A stretch of DNA of 64,000 nucleotides from Patescibacteria group bacterium (GTDB lineage: Bacteria; Patescibacteriota; Patescibacteriia; Buchananbacterales; GWA2-38-13). The notes under the pieces were generated by a model, which saw only the letters and a list, made by a program, of their open reading frames with translations, did not search any database and was not told the DNA's origin. Every line of letters begins with the position of its first letter. The stretch's first letter is position 1. Below, one piece after another: positions 55,036-64,000 of the stretch. The DNA lies in the NCBI GenBank assembly GCA_028712155.1, contig JAQTQO010000002.1:11851-75850 (forward strand), read 5' to 3'. Made by a program: the position numbers and the translations under genes.

Positions 55036-58000
55036 CTACTCCCACACCGGCAGGGCGCCGATCACCGCCTCCAAACCGGGCGGCGGGTTGGTCAAAATCC
55101 TCCCGTCATAGATGATTTGTTCCGCCGGATCGGAAATGTTGTTATATGTGCGCTGGAAGAGATATTTGCGCGCCACCATAATGCCGTGCACAGTCAACTT
55201 GGATGAGCCGACCAAGGTATCAATGGCGCCGCAATCAACCAATAACGACCCCGTCGAATCGCACCTCATGTTCGCATACGCCGGCCGGCCCAGCGCGATC
55301 AGGCTGCTGTCCAGTTGGCTCACGGCCGGAGCGATGTTGATGCCGCCGAGCGCAATCCACGTGGCCGAAGCAACATGACTGGGCTTGGCCGGAGTTGTCA
55401 TCCCATAAATTGTCCCAGCGTTGAACGTCAAATTTCCCTTGATGAGGAAGAGTCCGGCGCCGTTCCTATTGATGCTCGCCGAACCGCTATTAAACGTCCA
55501 CGGCTTGGAAATCGTGCAATTACCGTCGTAGTAATAAATGGCCCCATTCAGGACACTATCGGTGGCCACCCATGGCGGGGTAGTGGCATTGGGATCCGTA
55601 CAGATCGTACCAAGATTTATAACCTTATTGCTGCCGTAACGCTGCCGCAGCTTTCCGATGACCGTCCCGGGGTCGTCGGCGTTGCTCGAATTGTAGAACT
55701 TCTTCGCTTCGTCATTGTATCCCTGCAAGAACCACAGGCTGCCACCGGGCGTGGTGAAGTCATTCTTGTAGCTGGGGAACGCCATTGCGGTATAGCCGGG
55801 CAGTTGGCCGGTGCCTCCGAAGGCGGTGGAATCGCTCGTCCATTTCGTGATCGTACCGCCGCTCTTAATCAGAAACGTCGCGTTGTTCAAACCGGACTGG
55901 AACTGGGCATTGAGACTGCCGCCAACGAACACATCGCCAAATTTGGTTTGCAGCCACGGTTTTGACTCGGAGAACAGCGGATCACTCTCGTTGCCGAAAT
56001 CATCCACGGCAATAATGTTGTACAACAGGCCGTTCTGTATTCTCGAATACAGCACCGTCGTGCACGTGCCGCTCCCGCAGTTGATCTGGCCAAGGTTGGC
56101 GTCAAAGGTCGGATATAACGTCTGCCAGTCGCAACTCTCGTGGGGCAAACCGCTCGCCAAAATGCACTTCCCGGTTCCGCACGCGGCATTCAGCGCTTTC
56201 CCGTAGCAATTTTGCCCGCTGACCGTACAGCGGTAACGGTGGATATCCTCCCATGCCCACGGCCCGTTGGTGGCGTCGCCGTCGCCTAATGAACCGCCCC
56301 GCCGGCAGGTGCCTTCCGTGCCCGGGCACACCGCGCCATCAACGTAACAAGGGTTGTCGCTCACGCTGCAGTAGAGCAGCGGATTTCTGACCTCATCGGC
56401 ATTGGTGCCGTACCAAATCTCATAGTGGGCGCCATACCGGTTGCCGCTGACGGTATTGTACGGGGTCCACGAACGGATTTCCGGATCGGCACTGCTGGTT
56501 TCTTCATCCGTTGATTCGACCGGCGTAAACGTAATGGTCCGGCTGTAGATGTTGATATTACCGCACAAACTGATGGGAATCGCCGCAGAGGGCATCCCCC
56601 AGCTCGGTGACTGATCAGGGAAGCTGGGCGACTGCAGGTCCATCATCACCCGCTGCCGCCGGGTCCAGTTGTTGTACCACGGTTTCGTCGAATCTTTGGC
56701 GCACGCGAAGTTGCATACACCGCCGTACGCGGCGCAATTGGTCGCCGGGTTGCTGCACAGGTCAACCGACGACGTCCGGACCCCGGCCGACCAGCACGGC
56801 AAATCTCCCGAGCACTTCACGCTGTCATTGGCGAACAGTTCCAGCCAGAACGGGGTCCGTATATTCTGGTTGCGGATATAGGTCGCGGATTGGCCCAAGC
56901 TGTCATATGCGTCCCAGTAGAAATCAATCGTGCTGACGTAACCCAAGTTCCAGTTTGGAGTGAACAGTGTGGTGACGTTATTCCAGTCCCGCGCCAAGAC
57001 GGGAGTGGTCACGCCAATTTGCGGGAAAAGGGTATCTGAACCGGGAATATGGTCATCCGGATTATCCACGGACGGCTGCGCCCAGCTGCACGGCTGGGTA
57101 CACCAGGGATAACCATACGGGTTGCCCATGGCGTTGGTCGTCGTGGCGGTGGGCAAGGAACCGTACGCTCCGATACCGGGTTGAACGGGCAGCTGGGCAT
57201 GGTTGTAGGTGCCAACCCGGGCGATGCTGTAGAAATAATTCCAAGCCCAATACGTGCCTTTCCAGCCACGCACAATCGGGTCGGTCCACTCCGGCTGCGG
57301 GGATTCCCTGGCAAACATCAAACCCACCGAAAGGTTGCTGCCCTCGAAATCCCCGAACTGTGCCTTGATTTTAAACTTGCCGCGGGCGTTTTCGCGCTGC
57401 TCCAGCGTCCAGGAGCGCAGCGGCTGCAGCTGTGTGGTAAATGAGGTCGGAACTCCGCTGGCATTGGCGGAAAACCGCGCATACGGTGCCACGCAGCTTT
57501 CCGCGCTGTTCGGCACACCTTTCTCATACGGGTAGTTGGTGTTCAGCTTGAGCGACGTGCCGGCGGCAAACGCGAAATCATTGGCTCCCGCAAACGACCG
57601 GTTGCCGCAATAGCTCAAGTCAACGCTGCAGTCGGGGTCAGATCCAGTGGGACAGTCCGCATCACACACGCTGTCGGAGACTGGCAGGCAGCAGTCGTTG
57701 ACGGCGTTCGTGCAAATGTGCCCGATCAGTTTCGACCAGCAATCTTCGCCATCAACAGGGCCACCATCAGTTCTCGTCGCGCAATCCGGATCGCACTGCT
57801 GATCGTTGACTGCCAGACAGCAATTATCCTTGCGGCCGGTACAGGTGGCGGTGCAGTCCGGATCCTGATAATTGTAGCTATGATCTTTGCAATCAAGGTC
57901 GCACATCCCGTCAGCAGTTGTGCTGCACACACCACAATCAGGATCAAGGCCGGCGGCGCACTGCTGGTCGCAGATGCCGTTCACCGACGGGTCGCACACC

Positions 58001-61000
58001 GCGTTCCGGGTATCGGCCGTAGGCGGCGGGCAATCGGGGTCTTTGCCCGGCGGACAACCATAGTCGCACGCGCCGTCCTGCCAAGGCTGGCATCCCGCCA
58101 CGACGGGACGCTGCCCGGGCGCGATGCAGTCCGGATCCAGGCCGTTAGGACAGTCGGGGTCACAAATACCGTCCACGGCCGGATAGCAACAGTCGATCGC
58201 CGTGCAGTCCGCGTCTACCTGCGGGCCAAGCCCAATCGGTCCGCAGTCTGCATCGCAGAAATAATCGCGCGGCGGCTGGTTGGTCACCGGATCAAGAAAA
58301 CAGAGACCGTTGGAATTTATCCTATTTCCCGGCTCAAATGCTGCGCGCGCTGTGCACAATGCCGCTTCGCAATCAACATCGGCGGAACCGTACATGCCGC
58401 TCCCGATGCAGTCCGGATCACAATAAGTATCGGCCGCACCGTTGCAGATGCCGTCAGCGCGCGTGGGTGCGCTTGCATTCTGGGTGCAGTTACTGCCGGC
58501 ATTGCATGCATCGCCCGGCCCAACCGCAGTCGCAGTCATCTGGCAATCCGCCCCGTTGCACACGCCACAGTCCGAGTCAACCCCGGCGGGACAATCGGAA
58601 TCGCACGCAGGCGAGCCCCCAACCACCGGCCAGCAGCCGTCATTCGTTCCGGTACCCATCTCGCAATCCGCATCAACAATTCCGCCCGCTAAACTACTGT
58701 ATGCGCAATCCGGATCACACACCCCTGGATCTGGCTCGGCTGCGGGATAGCAATACCCATCCTTGGCCGGACTGACGGTCGGACGGCAGTCTTTGTCGAA
58801 GATATAGCTCGATCCTTGCGCCGTGCCGCACCAATACTCACATCCATCACCGGTCACCGTGCAATCGCTCGATCCCGTGGCGCCTTTGACCCGGCAATCC
58901 GGATCAACTCCGTTGGGACAGTCGGGATCGCACCGGCCGTCCACCATCGGCAGGCAGCAGTCCCCCCCCGCGGACTGGCAATACCCGGTCGGGTTAACCG
59001 TGCCCTTATTACAGTCAGGGTCAACTGTGACCGTGTCGTCGACAATGCCGCAATCCCGGTCGCACCGGCCGTCCTCTGCCGCATTGCAGCAGCCGTCCTT
59101 GGCGGGCTGGCAGACTACCTCGAACGCCCCGCGGTTGTTGAATTTCGTGCCCGAAACCGCGCCGGTGGAGAGGCCGGAGGCCTGGAACTCCCACGCCTGG
59201 TTGTTGCCGGAGGTATTGTGCAGCAAATCATTTTTTCCAGGCAGCGCAATGCCATAGCCGGGACCGCGCGGCGGGTAGTCGCAAGCACCGCTGTGACTGT
59301 CGCACGAGATATTCACGTCGGCGTTCTGTAAGTGGATATCATCGCCCTCGACCACTTGCGCCACGCAGGTGCCCGGCGCACAGTACGACGTCGACGGATC
59401 GCACGTATCGCCGAATTTTGCCCCGCTGTTTTTGTCACACATCGCACCCGGCTGGATGCGAAAATTCTTCAACACGACGTCGGCTCCATTCTCCGCCACT
59501 ACGCCGTGTCCGTTGGGATTCCATATCTCAAAATCGGACACGGTCGCGCCGGAATTATTGAGTACCACGCACGGGCCGTTGCAGTTTTTGAACCAAGCCC
59601 TCTGGATCGTACTGTTGGTCGTGAAATCCAGCTCCAGCGGGTCGGCGCCGTTGATAGTGTAGACGAGATCAGGAAAATCTTTGACGGTGAAGCCGTCGCT
59701 GACTGCCAGCTGCACATGATAGGATTTCAGCGCATAGCACCCGTTACGCGAACAATCAGACGGCTGCGTACACAGCTTGCCGGCTTCAAGATCGTCAATC
59801 CCGCACGCTTTCTCGATGACACGCTTGTCCGCCGGCATTGGCTGCTCCCAGGTCCCGTTCGGATGGTATTCATAATTCTGTGAAATGAAATACACGTTCG
59901 GGTTCATCTCGCAGGTCACAGTCAGCGCGGGGTGGCGGTATGTATACCCGGCGGCCGCATCGGCTTCGTTTCTCATCTGTAACTCGGCGGTATCAGCCGG
60001 GTCAATCACACTGATGACAAAACCGTAATTACTGCGCTGCCCATTAATCCAGTCCTGAACGACTTTCCGCCCGTCCGCGTCCAACGTTTTTTCATATATG
60101 ACAGCTTGTCCGAAACTCTGCGGAGAAAAACTGCCATCCGGGTCGGTCAAATCGTAAATGCCGGGGTCGCCGGGCGTTGTACGCCACTGCCCACACGGCC
60201 AGTAGCCACTGCTGCACGACAAGTTCCACGTGGCTTCGGAATCCACCCAATACTGCCCTACGGCACGGACGGAATACTTGGACGACGCGGAACCGGCGAA
60301 GGTATTGAATGCAATCTTGACATTTTTGACGAGGCAGTTGCCGGGAATTTCGAACATCGGCTGCGACCCGTATGCCAAGATGTCCTGGTACCCCCAACGC
60401 ACCAGAGTGCGCTTTTCCGTTCCGGCGCCTCCTTTTACGCTCAGATTTGAACTATTGTAATTCGTGCTCGGATTTGCTTGGTTGAGGTAGACGTCGTACG
60501 TATTGTTATACGCGCCACCCTGGGAAACGACGGACAGGTCCTGCAGAATATACTCAATCGTTTGCTGATCCTTGGCCTGTCCGGCTGCGTTACTTTCTCC
60601 GATGCGGATGTATTTATACGCGTCAACAGGAAACGAGTACGCCGGATGCGGGTAGCTGCGCAAAGAAGAATCATACGCAACGCGCAGGTACGGATTCTTC
60701 AGCATGACATCGGTGCTGGTCACCGTATTGTGCTGCACCCATGCCCCGACGGTATTGAGGATCTCCAAACCGGCCGGGTTGCCGGTATCCAGGTGCTTGA
60801 TCCCGATGGAATTGCCGATCACCCACAGATTCTCGTAACCGACGATCCGCATGCCCGGGCCCTTGTTGTCGAACATGGTGTTACCGATGAACGTGTTGTA
60901 ATCCACCTCCCGCAGCCAAGCGGATGCCAGGAAACCGCCCGACGCGTTATCTTCGATCGTATTGTAATAAGCATACACATGCGGAGCATCCTGCAGGTGG

Positions 61001-64000
61001 ATACCCCAGCCGGTATTGCCATACACCCTGTTGGTGTACACGTAATTTTGCGCGTACCCGTTTTCCAGATAGATGCCGTTGCTGCCGCGTCCTGATGGTT
61101 TCAAATCCTCCCGCGTTCCCCGGGCGCGACCGTTATCATATACGTTGTTCTTGTACAGTATGTTATCCCAGCTGCCGAGCAGTTGCATGCCGCCGGCAAA
61201 ATTATTGGCAATGACATTGTTGTATTGGCCCCCCAGGCCGTACGGGATGGCTCCAACCTGGCCGGCCGGTACGTTCTGGCACGGCTTGTATTCTTCGTCA
61301 ATATCCGGGCGGCAGACGTATTCTCCGCGGTATTCACCAAATAAATTTCCTCCGGTTTGTAAATTTGTGGACGAGTACGTATGGCCAAGCACGCTGTCGC
61401 CGTATACCCCCCACCCGTTCACGCTGTCGGTAATCTGGTTGGATATGAAATAATTTTTTTGGGTGGAGGCTTCGCGCATCTGGGAATCCAGCAATTCCAC
61501 ATTATCGCCCTGGCTGCCGGTGATGCTGTTGTTCGCAAACCATCCGCTCTGCGAGCCGGACAGGTAGAGGCCAACGGCATCCTTGCTGCCGCCAGCGCCA
61601 TTGCCGGAATCTTGAATCCAATTGCCATCCACGGTCGCCCCATTCGTATCGTACAGCAGCAATCCTGCTTGATCGTTTTGGATAATCGTGTTCCGCCACA
61701 CCAGGAACTTTTCCGCCATGCCCTGGGAACGGATGCCCTCGGTGTTGCCGTTGAAAGAATTGCACGCCTGATCGCAGGCGGGGGTTGTGCAGCAGCCGAT
61801 CGTCGTGCTCGAGGTTCGGAACATCAGAGCGCCGTACTTGTTGCCGAACGCGGTGGTCTTGGTAATCTGAAGGTTCGCGGAGTTTTCCGTGTAGACCCCG
61901 GCGAACTGGTTGGTGAAATCAACGGCCTGGACGGCCAGATACAGCGACGGCTCAATCAACACCGGAAACACCATCGGCTGGCTGCAGGTGGATTCTTCCA
62001 GAACCGCGGCTTCCTGCATGCCAACGCACGCCAGCTGTAGCGGATCGACGGCAGAAAACGGGTTAGCATGAGCCGTATCGAAATTTTTAATGGTGCCGTA
62101 CGGGACCCCGGCCACAGTCAGGTGGCCGATTTTCTCATACGTTGAGCCGCCGTACCAGGGATCGCTGCCGTCCAGCACAAAACCTTTGGTCGAGGTGCCG
62201 TACAAATAGAGCACCTGCTTGCGGCTGCTGACATTATAGTCGTTCGTCCAGTTCTGCGATGACGTATAACCCGTGCTAGGACCGGCCGAAGGACGGAATG
62301 CCGGGTTGTAAATGTGGTGGTCAAAATCCAGCAGCCGCGCACCGTACGGGAAGTCCGGGTCCACGTCGGAGATACCGTCGCCGTCCACCTTCAGGTTATC
62401 CGCGCCCACGATACCCGGCTCGCACGGGAAACCATCACCGTCATTATCCGGATCATCAGGATTTAAGCCCCACTGTTTGTAGCAGTCCTGCAGGTGGTCG
62501 GATTTGATATTGTAGAAAAATCCCTGCTTGACGTCCGTCACGCTCTTGACGGTGTTCCACCGCAGCAAGAAATCCTCGCTGTTCTCAAGGAGAATACCGG
62601 TGCCAAAACTTTCCAGCCGGCACCCGATAATGGTGCCGCGCTTACGCGATATGTATGCGCCGCCGTTGTCATACTCATGCAGACGCACGCCCTTCGCTTC
62701 AATGCCGATGCCGGCCTGCGCGTCGGCATTGCCGGCGACGATTTTGCCTACCGCCAGGGTAACATTGTTATCCCAGTTGCAGTCCAAAACAACGTTGTCT
62801 GCCTTGAACGAAATGGCCGGCGGCACCGGCGAGTCTGCGAGTTTGGTCGGCGTGAATGCGGTCAACGCAGGAGAAGTCTCGGCATGCAAATTGAAGCACG
62901 TATTTTCCGTGATTTCCTTCGTGACCGTGGTCGGAGGCTCCACACAGGCTTTGAGCTTTTCATCGGCGTCGTATGGCGCAAGCTCGGGCAAGCCGGCGCA
63001 ATCGGTATCGACTGCCAGGGTGCAATCCGGATCGCACGTGTTGGCAGGAGCAGAAGAGGTGCAGCCGCCGCCGCGGGTACCCAACGGCTTGACGCTCGGG
63101 AATAGGTTGTACTGCGAGGTAAGATTCGGATCCGGGCTGGGCGCGAACGAAATGCCCTGGGTCGTGGCGCACGTTGCGTAGGAACCGGTACATTCCATCT
63201 TTACCCCCTTGCCGGAAAATACATTATTGAAAACGCTCACACCGACGAATTTCTTGGCGGCACTATCAATTTCGGACCAGAAATACAGGTCTCCTTTCGC
63301 ACAGCTCAGTCCCGGGCCAATGGAGCTTCGCACGCCGCAATCAATGAAGTTATCCTTAATCGTCACCGGGCTGTCGTGGGTCCCATTTGTACTATTTCTC
63401 CGCGACAGGTAAACCCCCGCCTCTGCCGATCCGTTGGTCGCATACGCCGTAATCCGGTTGCCGGAAATTTCATTGCTCCCGGCCGTTATCAGCCCCCACA
63501 GGGAAACTCCGCGCTGGGTAACTTCAAGGATGTCGTTTTTGCGGATGAGTATCCCCGATCCGCTGTCGATATCGTCGCCGAACGTGCCGGCAATGCCGAT
63601 TTTTGTCGGCGCAACCACACCGGCCGGGCTCAGCTGCCCGCCGATGACATTGTCTTCGATCAGCCAGTTCTTTGATGTCGTCGCGTTGATGCCGTACTCG
63701 AAACCTTTAATGGTGCAATTTTTTATCGTGACGTTGCTCCGGCAGTACCGCCAGGTGGAGTACACATCAGGGTTTTTGCATAATTTTACGCAGTCCGTGG
63801 TATACCATTCGAATTTCCCGGTATGACACTGGGGACCGCCGACGGAACACGGCACCTCCCCCAATGCAATGCAGCCGGTATGGTCGTACACGTAAGCATT
63901 TGTAATGCCGTAGCTGCTGGTATGCGGCGTGTTCGTGTAGATGGTATGGCCGTTACAGTCAATGGTAATAGGCGTCGGGTTGCTGTGGTCACCGCTGGAA
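55036..64000 (-). CDS. Giant extracellular parallel beta-helix (PbH1/pectate-lyase-fold) repeat protein with Cys-rich CDPDC repeat array; 5'-partial (runs off window)
   Basis: >=2987 aa. The reading frame stays open from the tool start (GTG at 63891) to the window edge. Multiple PbH1-like repeats are present (NNVIANNFAGG, NTIEDNASGG, IGNTMFDN, VIGNSIG, NDILEV, ISGNRITA). There is a ~510-aa Cys-rich tandem array. No in-window signal peptide. Confidence 0.7.
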   Translation of the reverse strand, partial: SSGDHSNPTPITIDCNGHTIYTNTPHTSSYGITNAYVYDHTGCIALGEVPCSVGGPQCHTGKFEWYTTDCVKLCKNPDVYSTWRYCRSNVTIKNCTIKGFEYGINATTSKNWLIEDNVIGGQLSPAGVVAPTKIGIAGTFGDDIDSGSGILIRKNDILEVTQRGVSLWGLITAGSNEISGNRITAYATNGSAEAGVYLSRRNSTNGTHDSPVTIKDNFIDCGVRSSIGPGLSCAKGDLYFWSEIDSAAKKFVGVSVFNNVFSGKGVKMECTGSYATCATTQGISFAPSPDPNLTSQYNLFPSVKPLGTRGGGCTSSAPANTCDPDCTLAVDTDCAGLPELAPYDADEKLKACVEPPTTVTKEITENTCFNLHAETSPALTAFTPTKLADSPVPPAISFKADNVVLDCNWDNNVTLAVGKIVAGNADAQAGIGIEAKGVRLHEYDNGGAYISRKRGTIIGCRLESFGTGILLENSEDFLLRWNTVKSVTDVKQGFFYNIKSDHLQDCYKQWGLNPDDPDNDGDGFPCEPGIVGADNLKVDGDGISDVDPDFPYGARLLDFDHHIYNPAFRPSAGPSTGYTSSQNWTNDYNVSSRKQVLYLYGTSTKGFVLDGSDPWYGGSTYEKIGHLTVAGVPYGTIKNFDTAHANPFSAVDPLQLACVGMQEAAVLEESTCSQPMVFPVLIEPSLYLAVQAVDFTNQFAGVYTENSANLQITKTTAFGNKYGALMFRTSSTTIGCCTTPACDQACNSFNGNTEGIRSQGMAEKFLVWRNTIIQNDQAGLLLYDTNGATVDGNWIQDSGNGAGGSKDAVGLYLSGSQSGWFANNSITGSQGDNVELLDSQMREASTQKNYFISNQITDSVNGWGVYGDSVLGHTYSSTNLQTGGNLFGEYRGEYVCRPDIDEEYKPCQNVPAGQVGAIPYGLGGQYNNVIANNFAGGMQLLGSWDNILYKNNVYDNGRARGTREDLKPSGRGSNGIYLENGYAQNYVYTNRVYGNTGWGIHLQDAPHVYAYYNTIEDNASGGFLASAWLREVDYNTFIGNTMFDNKGPGMRIVGYENLWVIGNSIGIKHLDTGNPAGLEILNTVGAWVQHNTVTSTDVMLKNPYLRVAYDSSLRSYPHPAYSFPVDAYKYIRIGESNAAGQAKDQQTIEYILQDLSVVSQGGAYNNTYDVYLNQANPSTNYNSSNLSVKGGAGTEKRTLVRWGYQDILAYGSQPMFEIPGNCLVKNVKIAFNTFAGSASSKYSVRAVGQYWVDSEATWNLSCSSGYWPCGQWRTTPGDPGIYDLTDPDGSFSPQSFGQAVIYEKTLDADGRKVVQDWINGQRSNYGFVISVIDPADTAELQMRNEADAAAGYTYRHPALTVTCEMNPNVYFISQNYEYHPNGTWEQPMPADKRVIEKACGIDDLEAGKLCTQPSDCSRNGCYALKSYHVQLAVSDGFTVKDFPDLVYTINGADPLELDFTTNSTIQRAWFKNCNGPCVVLNNSGATVSDFEIWNPNGHGVVAENGADVVLKNFRIQPGAMCDKNSGAKFGDTCDPSTSYCAPGTCVAQVVEGDDIHLQNADVNISCDSHSGACDYPPRGPGYGIALPGKNDLLHNTSGNNQAWEFQASGLSTGAVSGTKFNNRGAFEVVCQPAKDGCCNAAEDGRCDRDCGIVDDTVTVDPDCNKGTVNPTGYCQSAGGDCCLPMVDGRCDPDCPNGVDPDCRVKGATGSSDCTVTGDGCEYWCGTAQGSSYIFDKDCRPTVSPAKDGYCYPAAEPDPGVCDPDCAYSSLAGGIVDADCEMGTGTNDGCWPVVGGSPACDSDCPAGVDSDCGVCNGADCQMTATAVGPGDACNAGSNCTQNASAPTRADGICNGAADTYCDPDCIGSGMYGSADVDCEAALCTARAAFEPGNRINSNGLCFLDPVTNQPPRDYFCDADCGPIGLGPQVDADCTAIDCCYPAVDGICDPDCPNGLDPDCIAPGQRPVVAGCQPWQDGACDYGCPPGKDPDCPPPTADTRNAVCDPSVNGICDQQCAAGLDPDCGVCSTTADGMCDLDCKDHSYNYQDPDCTATCTGRKDNCCLAVNDQQCDPDCATRTDGGPVDGEDCWSKLIGHICTNAVNDCCLPVSDSVCDADCPTGSDPDCSVDLSYCGNRSFAGANDFAFAAGTSLKLNTNYPYEKGVPNSAESCVAPYARFSANASGVPTSFTTQLQPLRSWTLEQRENARGKFKIKAQFGDFEGSNLSVGLMFARESPQPEWTDPIVRGWKGTYWAWNYFYSIARVGTYNHAQLPVQPGIGAYGSLPTATTTNAMGNPYGYPWCTQPCSWAQPSVDNPDDHIPGSDTLFPQIGVTTPVLARDWNNVTTLFTPNWNLGYVSTIDFYWDAYDSLGQSATYIRNQNIRTPFWLELFANDSVKCSGDLPCWSAGVRTSSVDLCSNPATNCAAYGGVCNFACAKDSTKPWYNNWTRRQRVMMDLQSPSFPDQSPSWGMPSAAIPISLCGNINIYSRTITFTPVESTDEETSSADPEIRSWTPYNTVSGNRYGAHYEIWYGTNADEVRNPLLYCSVSDNPCYVDGAVCPGTEGTCRRGGSLGDGDATNGPWAWEDIHRYRCTVSGQNCYGKALNAACGTGKCILASGLPHESCDWQTLYPTFDANLGQINCGSGTCTTVLYSRIQNGLLYNIIAVDDFGNESDPLFSESKPWLQTKFGDVFVGGSLNAQFQSGLNNATFLIKSGGTITKWTSDSTAFGGTGQLPGYTAMAFPSYKNDFTTPGGSLWFLQGYNDEAKKFYNSSNADDPGTVIGKLRQRYGSNKVINLGTICTDPNATTPPWVATDSVLNGAIYYYDGNCTISKPWTFNSGSASINRNGAGLFLIKGNLTFNAGTIYGMTTPAKPSHVASATWIALGGINIAPAVSQLDSSLIALGRPAYANMRCDSTGSLLVDCGAIDTLVGSSKLTVHGIMVARKYLFQRTYNNISDPAEQIIYDGRILTNPPPGLEAVIGALPVWE
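57600..59130 (-). repeat. Tandem Cys-rich repeat array (~14 units of D-G-x-C-D-P-D-C-P-x-G-x-D-P-D-C) inside the giant gene
   Basis: Units include DGRCDPDCPNGVDPDCR, DGICDPDCPNGLDPDCI, DGACDYGCPPGKDPDCP, NGICDQQCAAGLDPDCG, DGMCDLDCKDHSYNYQDPDC, DQQCDPDCATRTDGG and DSVCDADCPTGSDPDCS. The array runs from ...VVCQPAKDGCCNAAEDGRCDRDC to ...DPDCSVDLSYCGN. Confidence 0.65.

Noticed and set aside
57718-63181. Plus-strand ORFs of 145-324 aa within the giant minus-strand gene (57718-58692, 58338-58775, 61381-62040, 62494-63181 and others)
   Set aside because: They are GC-rich antisense artefacts (Arg/Ala/Pro-rich, no start context). The minus-strand frame is continuous for ~9 kb with coherent beta-helix and Cys-repeat architecture.

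Overview
Mostly high-GC (~60-65%) bacterial chromosomal DNA. The type IV pilus gene set has no secretin in the window, which suggests a monoderm or CPR-like envelope.

Layout, 5' to 3':
(1) ~60-2390: a ~2.3 kb AT-rich (~30% GC) insertion carrying one 721-aa gene. The protein combines an Mrr-cat-like PD-(D/E)xK motif, a DndB-type DGQHR domain and a C-terminal HEPN-like RNxxxH motif. It is a candidate single-gene defence determinant.
(2) 2.5-11.6 kb: housekeeping and metal-homeostasis genes. These include a DUF1801 protein, a NADAR protein, an EncFtn-like ferritin, an AmmeMemoRadiSam-type radical SAM enzyme, the MgtA Mg2+ P-type ATPase, a long CDF transporter, an SdpI-like protein, a cyclase/KynB-like protein and Idi.
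(3) 11.6-19.9 kb, minus strand: gatA, gatC and ligA, then a pseudopilin operon ending in a prepilin peptidase.
(4) 20.0-43.2 kb: a ~23 kb glycan-biosynthesis locus. It starts with a translationally coupled operon of a Sat/CysC PAPS synthase, Wzm, and a Wzt whose C-terminal domain is methyltransferase-like. Next come a sulfotransferase/coiled-coil/methyltransferase fusion and a further methyltransferase. Downstream are a GT2-GT4 fusion, two WbaP-like initiating transferases, a Wzx flippase, a GT11 alpha-1,2-fucosyltransferase, an FkbM methyltransferase and a DUF268-like methyltransferase, three GT2 and one GT4. It ends with a Wzy_C/O-antigen-ligase-like TPR protein convergent on the major pilin gene.
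(5) 43.3-53.0 kb, minus strand: the major type IV pilin, PilC, a PilT-like protein with degenerate ATPase motifs, a CheY-like regulator, PilB, a small membrane protein, PilO, a PilN with a ~420-aa Pro-rich repeat insertion, and PilM.
(6) 53.2-64.0 kb, minus strand: a secreted repeat protein with a dockerin-like C-terminus, and a giant (>=2987 aa, 5'-partial) parallel beta-helix protein with ~14 tandem Cys-rich CDPDC repeats.

No rRNA, tRNA or CRISPR genes, integrases or transposases were recognised. Domain calls come from motif recognition in the translations, not from database searches.
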